A stretch of DNA of 41,205 nucleotides. Origin: Seison nebaliae (Eukaryota). The position numbers and the translations under genes are program-made. A model generated the notes under the pieces. That model was given only the letters and a program-made list of their open reading frames with translations, was not told the DNA's origin and did not search any database. How positions within the stretch are numbered: position 1 is the stretch's first letter; every line of letters begins with the position of its first letter. The DNA lies in the NCBI GenBank assembly GCA_023231475.1, contig JALJEE010001868.1, positions 1 through 41,205 of the forward strand, given 5' to 3'. Below, piece by piece: positions 9,383 through 19,311 of this stretch.

Positions 9383-12154
9383 ATGATTGAGAAAAAAAAG
9401 AAAAGGAATATGAAGCAGAATGATTTAGAGAAAAAGAAGCGATTAGAAAAGAAGAAGATTGATAAGATGAATGAATTATTACCATGTTCAAGATTACGTG
9501 CCATAATGGAACCGATGAATGGTTTCTCTTCTCTTAAATCGCCGAATAATGATGAGGATGATACGAGATATCCATATCTGACATTGGTTCGTGGAAATGA
9601 GAGATCTAAAAAACGATTATTGGTAGCATCACCATTATATATGAATGGAAAGATGATATTAAATCGAGAGTTTATGTTTCTTTGTAATTTAAAATTTGAT
9701 ATGGGTCGATTACATAGCACCATCAAAACGGGAGTATCGACATTCCGTAAAGTTGTGGGACATTCAGCGCGAGCAAATTCAGATAATGCACGAAATAATA
9801 TAAGTTATGGTGCATTTTTGAAATGTCACATAAATATGCAGAACGATATGAATAACAATCGTTTCGCTCGACAACATTTCATGGAATCGACTCAAGTAAT
9901 GTCGAACGCTTTATATGACAATTTGTATTCGAGAGAAGGTGAAGAATATATGAAGAGTCGATTATATCGGAAACCATCGATAACGGAAGATGAATCGATG
10001 GAGATCGTAAAACAGATCGAAATGAATGGTGGACATGATTCATTCGAAAAATTGGATGGAATTCGTAATTATGAATGGCCATCAACACAACGTCTTCATT
10101 CCTTGATTTTCACGAAGGAATTATTCGATTTATGTAAAAATCCGGATAAATCATCCGTTTATATGAAATATAATGAGGTCAAATCGAACAAGAGACTTTT
10201 TCGATTATTGAAAAATCAAGATGAGATTTATCCGAGAAACAATTTCAGTAATTGGGACAATTTCGGGAAGAGTGTCAGTTCGAAAAAACAAATGAAAATG
10301 TCAAATTCAACTCACAGTTCATTTATCGAATTACGATTACCAAGTGATGATACGTCATCAAATGATGAGACTAATTATGTGGAAAAAGGAAAGACACAAA
10401 ATCTAAAAAATTATGATGACAATAAATCGAATTGTAGTGATTATAGTATCTGTCAAATGAGTGATAATCATTATTTAAGTAGTTCCGATGATGATTCGAA
10501 TAAAGTGGAAACTGATTCTGATTCTGATTCTGATTTCGATGATGATGATGACGATGCAGCGGATCAAATTATGAAACGAATGAAAACTCTGCCAGAATTG
10601 AAAATGACTAAGAATAGTAATATAAATGAATTAATTAAATCCAAATTTGGTATAAAACAATCTGAAAAGAATGAGAATATTTCGGTGCATTATATCGGTG
10701 ATTTGGTTGATAGTGAGGAAGAAGAATCGGATGAATCATCCAATGATGAACAATCGAATGAATCATCAAACGATATAAAAGAGGAGAATAAATTCGGAGA
10801 TGAATACATCACAAATAACCAAAACTCTATGGATCTCATCGGATATACTGATGAGGGTAAGCTGAAAAAGACGGATAAATTGAATTCGGAAGAAGAAATT
10901 GAGAATTATGAAAGAGATTCTAATCATTCTATTAATCTTGTAAGATTTTCACCGTCTCCATCACCATCATCATCATCGTCGAAATCGCAACCATTAAATT
11001 CGAATAACTCGAAAGAAATAAATAAATGTATTCCTTATAATTTAAATAATCCGAAAATTTATTTGAAAGAGACAAATAAAAAAGATGATAAACCGATGAA
11101 TCATTGGCAAACGATATTTGTTCAACGTAATCCCGATTTCAAACAATATGTGGAACATATTTGTGAGGGAAATATTCGGAGAAAAGTTCACTCATTTGCA
11201 AGAGATCCATACAAAAGTGTTGTAAACCATCCGAACGGTGTCATACCAAATTATGACGAACAAATGAAAGATGATGATAATGATAGTCTCAATTCATCAT
11301 ATATAATAGATCGTTCATCTAACAAAGTGCCTATCGATGTTTATCCATGCATCGTCATAAAAGATGAGTCGAAAGAGAAAGTAAAAATTCCTCATCTTTT
11401 TCACTCCCGACAAGAAATGAGTAAAATGTACAAAGGTAAGAATGTTCAAAATAATCGAACCATTCCCTCAACACAACGAGAGGATGATTATAAGAAATCA
11501 TATAATAATTATATGAAACAATCGAAAAATGAAAACTATCAAACGGAAAATGATTTTCGGAAAAAAATTAATCAACCTTATAATAATTCGAATAGAAACG
11601 AGAATAATTTTCGTTATAACTCAAATAACAATTATAAGAATCAGAATGCAAATAGGAATTATCATAATAATCAACCATATAATTTTAGAAATTCCACCAG
11701 GACGAAACAACATCCCCAGGAATTCAATAAGAAATTCCACAATAAAAATTCAATGGATAATACGCAAAAAACTAAAAAATTTCAACACGAAAATAATATA
11801 GTGAATGGAAATAAAAATTTCAAGGGAAATAATCGTACTTTATATAATCAGAATAATAACGGTAATTATAAGCCTTATACGAATAAGGCTTATACGAATA
11901 AGGCTTATACTAATTTCAAAAACAAATTAAAGGATATGTTGGATAATCCTAACGATTATCCAATGGATAACAATCAAACGAACAGAAGACGAGTTGCACC
12001 GCGACAGAGGAATAATGCACCGAATAGACCCAGAAATGAAGATCGTCATCCGGAAAAATCTAGTGGAAATTATGACGAATTTGAAGAAGATCGGAAATTA
12101 ACTAATAAGTTAGAATCGACTAAATTTTTCAAAAATGCGAGACGATTGTATTGA
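9383..12154 (+). CDS. Uncharacterised ~923-aa protein: Lys-rich start, putative folded N-terminal region, acidic Asp/Ser-rich middle, Asn/Gln/Tyr-rich low-complexity C-terminal part
   Basis: An uninterrupted 2.77-kb ORF in very AT-rich DNA is unlikely by chance. No family motif recognised. A short extra 3' exon after the AG near 12213 is possible. Confidence 0.8.
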   Translation: MIEKKKKRNMKQNDLEKKKRLEKKKIDKMNELLPCSRLRAIMEPMNGFSSLKSPNNDEDDTRYPYLTLVRGNERSKKRLLVASPLYMNGKMILNREFMFLCNLKFDMGRLHSTIKTGVSTFRKVVGHSARANSDNARNNISYGAFLKCHINMQNDMNNNRFARQHFMESTQVMSNALYDNLYSREGEEYMKSRLYRKPSITEDESMEIVKQIEMNGGHDSFEKLDGIRNYEWPSTQRLHSLIFTKELFDLCKNPDKSSVYMKYNEVKSNKRLFRLLKNQDEIYPRNNFSNWDNFGKSVSSKKQMKMSNSTHSSFIELRLPSDDTSSNDETNYVEKGKTQNLKNYDDNKSNCSDYSICQMSDNHYLSSSDDDSNKVETDSDSDSDFDDDDDDAADQIMKRMKTLPELKMTKNSNINELIKSKFGIKQSEKNENISVHYIGDLVDSEEEESDESSNDEQSNESSNDIKEENKFGDEYITNNQNSMDLIGYTDEGKLKKTDKLNSEEEIENYERDSNHSINLVRFSPSPSPSSSSSKSQPLNSNNSKEINKCIPYNLNNPKIYLKETNKKDDKPMNHWQTIFVQRNPDFKQYVEHICEGNIRRKVHSFARDPYKSVVNHPNGVIPNYDEQMKDDDNDSLNSSYIIDRSSNKVPIDVYPCIVIKDESKEKVKIPHLFHSRQEMSKMYKGKNVQNNRTIPSTQREDDYKKSYNNYMKQSKNENYQTENDFRKKINQPYNNSNRNENNFRYNSNNNYKNQNANRNYHNNQPYNFRNSTRTKQHPQEFNKKFHNKNSMDNTQKTKKFQHENNIVNGNKNFKGNNRTLYNQNNNGNYKPYTNKAYTNKAYTNFKNKLKDMLDNPNDYPMDNNQTNRRRVAPRQRNNAPNRPRNEDRHPEKSSGNYDEFEEDRKLTNKLESTKFFKNARRLY
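11868..11914 (+). repeat. 15-bp coding tandem repeat (TATACGAATAAGGCT, about 3 copies) encoding YTNKA
   Basis: Exact copies at 11876-11890 and 11891-11905, with partial copies on both sides. Confidence 0.85.
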
Positions 12155-12889
12155 TTTGTTGATAAATAAAATCATTTTATTATTCCATCTTGTTTTTTTT
12201 TTCGAAATTACAGATGAACAAGAATATGTAGATAACCAGTAAATGAAAATGAAAATAATTTTTTTAATTATGAAAATAATAAACAGGTGGAGAAACAGAT
12301 AGTTAAAGAAATAGAATTGAATATTTGTCTGACTCATATTTGACGTTCGATATCCGTTAATCCCAAAACTTTTAATTGAATCGTTTAGACTCTAAATGAA
12401 TGTGAATTGGAAAATATTCTTGAAGGAAAAGAAACTTTCTAAAATGATTGTTCGACATTTACTTTATTTCAACTTTTTTTGCGATATACGACTGTCATTT
12501 CTAACAAACTTTAATTTAATTTACAAGTTAGTTTTATACAAAAATTTTTATTAAATTTTAACATTTTTATATAAAGTTCCCAAACTCTTTTTCTTCACCG
12601 GTGGAGGTGGCTTCTGTTTTCCCTTTGAATTTCGTCCGTTGTTTTTCCTCCTTATTTTCCACGGCGACCCAAAAACTTTTAGTTCAATAGTTCAATAGAA
12701 AGATTTGATTAATTTTTTTTGAAAATTCCGTATTAACAATTTGTTTCTTAACCCTTCTCATAGAGCAAACGTTGGAAGAAAAATTGGTTTTTTGCTCTCT
12801 CATTTCTAATTAAAATTTAATTCAATTTAATATTAAAACTTTTAATTCTAACATTTCTCATCAATATTATTATTATTGGTGGTCATATT

Positions 12890-13082
12890 CACTGTCAGTT
12901 ATTTATGTCGTGTACTTTTTCCCTGTCAATTATTTGCACCCTGTGCACATCATGTGCACAATTCCATCGTTATTGTTCATAGGTATTAGGTATAGTGTTG
13001 AAATGACATCCATCTCTCTGATGCAATAAGAGACGAATAATATAAACGGAGAAAAAGTACACGACACTCATAACTGACAGTG
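12890..13082. mobile_element. Putative non-autonomous DNA transposon (MITE), Chapaev/CMC-like termini
   Basis: 32-bp terminal inverted repeats at 12890-12921 and 13051-13082 (29/32 identical), CACTG...CAGTG ends, and TATT on both flanks (12886-12889, 13083-13086) as a candidate 4-bp TSD. Confidence 0.6.
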
Positions 13083-13969
13083 TATTTGCCATTCCATCCA
13101 TCACATTCTTCTCCCTTTTGAAGTGTTTCATAAAAATCTGAGAAAGATCAAAATTTCATCTAACTTCCATTACCATACACCTGTACTACCATACTTCCGA
13201 GGTCAACCCTTATTATAAAAATATAAACTATTTCTGTAGAATAACAAATTTATTAACTTGATCGTTCCAGGAATTGATTGACACTCCAATCGTCATCGTC
13301 ATCTTCATTGTCGTCGCATATATCCCAATGACTGAAACAAACCTCAAAATTCTTAACAAATTAGACTATAAATGAAAACCATAAGTAAAGTCTATTTGAT
13401 CGTCAGTTCGACTTCGACGAATAAAACTTTAAAATCGGAATGAAAATTACGTTTTAGAAATTTGTGTGCTACTAACATATTTTTGACTGTTTAAATGGGT
13501 GATCTTGTCAAATTCAACTGTCAGTTAATCGATTCATTTTATGAGAATTAATTCCTTTTAATTTACGATAAATATTCTGTTATTCATTATTTGAATATAT
13601 TTTATGAAGTTAATTTAAAGCTCAATAAAATCAAATATATATAAAAGATAATAAATATTTTTTTTTATTTGGGATGAATCCCAGTTTGGGAAATTTGGAT
13701 GAATTAAAATAAATAAAAGAAATTAAGATTTGAAATAATATGACAATGAAATAATAAAAATGTTGTTAAAGTAAAATAAAGAAAGTAGAGTAAAAGCGAC
13801 ATAATTCTTCCAATTCTCATCTAGAACAAAAATATAGTGGAAAACTTTTATTTATGAGCAGATAGAAACAATAAATAATTTCCATATTAATGTTTATTAA
13901 TCTTTAAAAAATGAATTCGAATTAATCCATTGCTTTAAGATAATTAAAATCTAGATTATTTCTTTATTT

Positions 13970-14309
13970 TTATTGATTAGAGAAATATTCTTTTTATTTG
14001 ACTGGATCGGGAATTATAGTCGATTTATTCTTTTCCTTCCATTCTGCTGGACAAACTTCTCCATGTTCATCTGAAAATTGGAAGACTTTCATCAACCGTA
14101 AAACTTCGTTGATTTTCCTACCTACCGGTAAATCGTTGACAATCATATATCTTTACCACACGTTTACCATTGATAATTAATCCTTTTAAATTAATCCATC
14201 CTCTTAAAACCAAACTGTCTTCTTCGATGAGTACATAATCTTTAGCGATCTCTTTTTTGAAGTGGGAAAGAAGTGGATATTTCAGTTGACCAATTCCATC
14301 CAATTTCAA
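13970..14309 (-). pseudogene. 5'-truncated typical 2-Cys peroxiredoxin pseudogene (C-terminal half)
   Basis: GIGQLKYPLLS..KEIAKDY-VL..LRG, then after a frameshift near 14152 [52 protein letters not shown]. There is a premature TAA at 13994-13996, the Gly of DYGVL is missing, and no FTFVCPTE peroxidatic-Cys region is found upstream. Confidence 0.85.
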
Positions 14310-14569
14310 ATATAGTGGAAGTAGCAGATGATTCTTTTACTTCAACTGAATTTGAATAAACATTAATTAATTTCAGTATATTAAGTGAGAGATGAGAGGA
14401 ATTAGACAAAATGAAAATAGAAACAATTTATTTATTTGTTTACCATGAGAAAACAAGAGTAAAAAAAAACGATTATAAAAATAAAAAATATGTGACTGGA
14501 AACGGACCAACGCTTGGCAACTGTAAATAGCAAATAATGAGATATGTACAAAATATGTTTAGTGTTCGA

Positions 14570-15333
14570 TCAGCAATTTTGAATTTGCGATTCATTCAAC
14601 CAATCCTCCAAATCCTCTCCCACTGAACACTGGAGGGAATTGGCGATATTTCCGTTTGATTGATGAGTTAATGGTGTTAGCCATCGCGTAGAATTATCGA
14701 AAGAATTGTCAAGAAAATTATCGTTTGTTCTAAATAATTTGACATAAGAAATTTAAAAAAAAAGAGAAATTCTAACAAATTTTTATGAAGATTATTTTTC
14801 TTTTGATTCTCTACATCGTATCGTTTCAGGTAGTTGCGATAATCGAATGATTCTGATTTCACTTCTGATTGTTGATCGATAGTCGATCGTTTATTTGATT
14901 TCAATTCTTCACGATATTCATTCATATCGATGACGGTGATGATATTTCGTTCTTGGGGAGATATTCGATTGAGATATTCCTCCAATTGTCTCGGCGATAA
15001 TGGAATGACAATTTGTGGCATAACTTTCAATTGTAAATTATCTTTAATTCGATTCAATCGTTTAATGAGCGATATATCAACATCATATTTCAAAGCGATT
15101 CCTTGTAAAGTGGTTTGAGTGGTGACGGTATGTTTCAATAATTTCGTATGCAATGGATTTAATTCATTAATTCTCTCGTTCTTCCGATTCGAGAACATTG
15201 TCCCATAACATTTATGTTTGAGATTAGTTTTCCTATTCAAATTACTCGTCGTAACTAGAGGAATTTCATCCATTATCGAATTTCCATTTGGATCCATAAT
15301 AGGAATCCGTTCTGTTTCTTCCTTTAATTCCAT
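14570..15333 (-). CDS. LysM-domain protein (LYSMD1/2-like). Exons 15333-14777 and 14729-14570
   Basis: YGT followed by a LysM domain (HTVTTQTTLQGIALKYDVDISLIKRLNRI..QIVIP); no transmembrane segment. A 47-nt GTTAGA..TTAG intron gives the in-frame tail TNDNFLDNSF...SQIQNC*. Confidence 0.85.
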
Positions 15334-15632
15334 TTCCTTTTATTTTTCACTCTCAAACTTCTTTTCCAATTCATCATTCTCTTCTTTCTCTCCATTTCCG
15401 TCAGTTCAATGATTTGGCTTATCATTTCTCAGTTTCCGTTAAGCTAACATCTACTTCCGATTTGATTCCAGAAAATTTTCTTCTAACTAAAATTTCAAAA
15501 TATTATCCAGAAATTACTGATAATTTAAATGAGGGAAATGAACAACCTTTTAAAAAATTAAAAGAAACGGCAAATTGAGATGTTTTCATAATTGAGACAA
15601 TTGAGATGAACGAAAGAGAGTTGATTAATAAA

Positions 15633-16538
15633 TTATATTTCTTTTAATTCCATCGAATCACCTAACAACAACGGTTCATTCTGCGAATCTATTTTATCCA
15701 TTTTCGTTTTAGCAAATTTCTCTTTTGGTCGAATTTTCTCCTCAATCGCCTTCGATTTTAAAAGTTGTTTCGCTTTCCAATTATTATCTTTAATATGAAC
15801 TATCTTAACCACATGATTCATTTTCCGCCATTGAGCAAACACACGAAAATGATATCGAATACTTATCTTTTTCAAATGATAATGACACAAAGGAAAAATG
15901 ACCAGCTACTAACGAAACACCAGACGACGAATATGATGATTAACACACAAGTCAACACTAACAAACCCGAAGCTTCCCATTGACTATCCCATTCGTTGTA
16001 ACGAATAGCACCAGTAATACATAACCTTAATAAAAATGAAGAATTTCTTATGTGATACACTGAATATCTAACCAAGTACTAATACCAGCTAACGGTAGTA
16101 AGAGAAAGAAACAGAATATGTCACCTAATAAATTGCGATGGTCACTCTTAGCTGATTGACATGTCATCCACTACATGATGATTAACACGAGTAAACTTGA
16201 ACAAACAAATAACTTCTGAAAAAGGTTTGGCTTTTCGTCTCGTTTCGAATTCAAAATGACACAAATCACATTTGTTCGTGTTGGACGATCCGAGCCACAT
16301 CTCTAGACAAGAGAGGTGAAGTAGACCAATAGAGCCCATACATCGACAAGGTGAGAGTAAAGCTTCGCCCGTCTTATCCGAATAACAAATTCGACACATA
16401 TTCGACGAACTGGAAAAGGAGAATGGAAAAATGAAGTGGAAATGAGGAAAACGCTGGAGAAATGAGGATGGACGGTGTGCTACCTGCGTCACTGACATCA
16501 GTTTCGATTTCTTTCGGACGATTGACGGGTAGAGCCAT
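15633..16538 (-). CDS. MARCH2/3-like membrane RING-CH E3 ubiquitin ligase, 234 aa. Exons 16538-16474, 16409-16214, 16170-16073, 16025-15914, 15866-15633
   Basis: RING-CH domain CRIC..LLSPCRCMGSIGLLHLSCLEMWL..CDLC; TM1 DIFCFFLLLPLAGISTWLC; TM2 WEASGLLVLTCVLIIIFVVWCF; then ISIRYHFRVFAQWRKMN, as in MARCH2/3. Four in-frame GT-AG introns of 43-64 nt. Confidence 0.92.
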
Positions 16539-16901
16539 TTCAGATTTACTTAATCGAATTGGTTGAATGGTATTGGAATGGAAATTAGAAATCGAAAAAA
16601 TTCGTTTAGTCATAAAAATCTATTCAAATTTCTTTCGCTATTAATGTGAGGGAAGGTGGGTGGGCAGTCAGTGCAAATCAAACTGAATATCGTGTTTAGT
16701 TGCGCGACGAAATGAATTAATAAATTTTAGAGAGAAATATATAAAATTGTTTTACTTCTCGACATCTCACTCATTCCTCATAAGCTTTTCATTCAAATCT
16801 CATTTCGTTCCACATCGTCTCAAATTTCTTTAAATTTCTCTTTCATTCAGTCGTAGTTATGGTGAAGTGGAATGGTATCGGTCATCGGAAAATCCTGAGA
16901 A
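16539..16901. promoter_or_regulatory. Probable bidirectional promoter and 5' UTRs between the MARCH-like and CEP97-like genes
   Basis: Head-to-head start codons are only 363 bp apart, with a G-rich box GAGGGAAGGTGGGTGGGC near 16648-16665. Inferred from gene geometry. Confidence 0.5.
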
Positions 16902-19311
16902 ATGATGAAAACATTGACCGTCGACTTATCTGGAATACGATTGCAAGAAACGAAGAATAATGAACTGTATAAGGAGAAGATGAGAGAAGTGATGGAATCG
17001 ACTTCATACATTTATCTCATGTTAAACACGAATCAACTACAACGATTCGACGGTTTCGACAACGTCCTCCATCGCATCACACATGTTCCCTCAATTTATT
17101 GTGTCATTTCTTGAAAATTTCACATTTCACATTTATTTACAGGTGAATTTAAATAAGAATTTATTGTGCGACGTTCGAAGTCTCAATCGTCTCAATTCGT
17201 TGACATTCCTCTCCATCTCTTTCAATCGTCTCACTAACATCGATGGTTTGAATGGAATTTTCTTTTTCCAACAAAATTTTTTTTTTTCAATTTTTTTTTT
17301 CAGGATTGAAAAATTTGACTAATCTCATTTATCTCGATTTCTCTCACAATAATGTGACGGTTTGATGATTATTTTGTTATTATTTGAATAATTGTGATTT
17401 GTAGAATGTTGGGAATTTGAAGTTCAATGTACGTCTGCAAATTTTAAAAGGTAACAAAAATCTAATTACACAATTGCCACCACTCGCCAATTTGGAGGAG
17501 TTGAAAGTTGTTTTTTTTTATTGCACAAAATTTTACACATTTTCATCACAAAATTTTGTGGAAAGTGTGTGGACTTATCATTTAACAAAGTGAGATATTT
17601 CGAACAATTTCCCAAATCGATAAAATCGATCAATCTCTCTCATAATCTGTTGGATCGACTTCCTGATTTGTGTTCATTAGAATTATGTCCGGAACTCGAT
17701 ACGGTTTCCTTCAACGGAAATCCTATGTTGAATGATTGTCACTTAATTAATGTGCAATCATTTATTGTGGCGTGTGGAATGAATATCAAATGTATAGACG
17801 GTTCTTTCGTCGACGAGAAAGTGAATCTAATCGCTGAATGGTTATACTCTCAAAGTAAAGCGAAACAAATAAACGATCAGAGGAATCTGGTGAAATTTTT
17901 GAATGAGAAAATTCCAACAAATTTATTAGCGACAGAAGATATGCCGGAAAAATCGATGAAATCTGATGTAGATAAGAAAGTAAAGAAGATTTTGGAATAC
18001 AAACACAAATATGCGGATGAAATGATGGTGAATAAAAATGAGGAAAAGAGAAAGACATATAATGGAGATAATATGAGGATAAAAGCAGCGATTGTTATTC
18101 AGAGTTTTTGGAGGGGATTTCGCACTCGAAATTTGAATATTGAAGTGGTGAAAATTCGTCATAAATTAGAAATGAGTAAATTGGAAATTCAAATAAAAAG
18201 TTATGATATCGCTATCAAAGCTTGGTCGGTGAGAGATATGACGATCAAGAAACAATTGAAGGAATGTTTACGAGAAATGTATTCAAATTTTTTGAAAAGA
18301 GATCTCTCAAATTCCTTAAATAAATCGAAGGAAAATATCGATATTAATTCATCGGAGATGACATGGCAAACGGAAATTATCAGACAATTTATGAGTAAAT
18401 GTGATCGATGCAAAACGGGGAATGATCTGTTCGATATTAAGAGAGAAGGTGATGTTGATGGTTTTTTTCCATTTCCACCGACAGATATCATTCTGGAGAA
18501 TGGTGGGAGGAATTCATTCAATATCAGTTGGAGGAATAATTGGTTGAATGATTATTTCGGGAAGGTATTCGGATATGTTAATCGTTATCGTATTTATATC
18601 GATGATGTGAAAGAGGCAGATGTGACGAAAAATTATGTTTCGATTAAAGGACTCAATGAAGTTGGTCTTCATTCATTACATGTAACAGCAGTGAGTGAAT
18701 TCAATAACGAATCAATTCCATCATCAGTAGTTACTGTTCGTATCTTTCAAAAAACATCCACTGATTCTTCATTGACGACTGGAAGTGGTCGATCTCATTC
18801 TCAGGAATGGCAGAAAAACCATATTATGGAAAATAAACGGAAAGAAACCACCACCACAACATTAATCAGTGAATCGGAAATGGAAAATAAAACTTTGTCA
18901 TCAATGATCACAACTGATGAGATGAGTGATGGCACCATGTCTTCCACTAAATCAATCGAACGAACTCAAAAAACCGAATCGAGATCTTCTCTTTCATCGT
19001 CTTCCTCTTATTCATCATCTACTACCTCCTATCTCCCTATTAATCAACAACAACAACAACAAATAAATAAACGACAAGAAGAACAGAAAACAATCGATGG
19101 GAAACCACCAATTTCTCCTCCGCGAACTCTGCTCACCGAATCGATGACAGATAGAACTGGCAGGAGAAATTCCTTCACCGATTCTAGTCTCATTTGTGTT
19201 GAGGATGAAGAGACGAAAGGTAAGAGATTACCAATCGTAAATTTGAATAAGATTTTCGAAGAACATCGAACGAATTCGGTTGAAAGACAACGATCCAAAT
19301 CTAACATTTAA
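16902..19311 (+). CDS. CEP97: CEP97-like centriole protein (LRRs, LRR cap, IQ motif, coiled coil, FN3, disordered tail). Exons 16902-17084, 17143-17245, 17304-17359, 17405-17506, 17566-19311
   Basis: Spliced LRRs (LTFLSISFNRLTNIDGLKNLTNLIYLDFSHNNV), the CEP97-type segment GNPM..FIVACGMNIKCIDG..IAEWLYSQSKAKQ..LVKFL, and the IQ motif AAIVIQSFWRGFRTRN. All four introns preserve the frame. Confidence 0.88.

Noticed and set aside
12890..12925. TIR as a RAG recombination signal (heptamer/nonamer)
   Set aside because: CACTGTC only partly matches CACAGTG and there is no ACAAAAACC-like nonamer at 12 or 23 bp; the 4-bp TSD also does not fit Transib/ProtoRAG.
13994..13996. Programmed readthrough or recoding in the peroxiredoxin fragment
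   Set aside because: It co-occurs with a frameshift, a codon deletion and a missing 5' half; intact genes in the window use the standard code.
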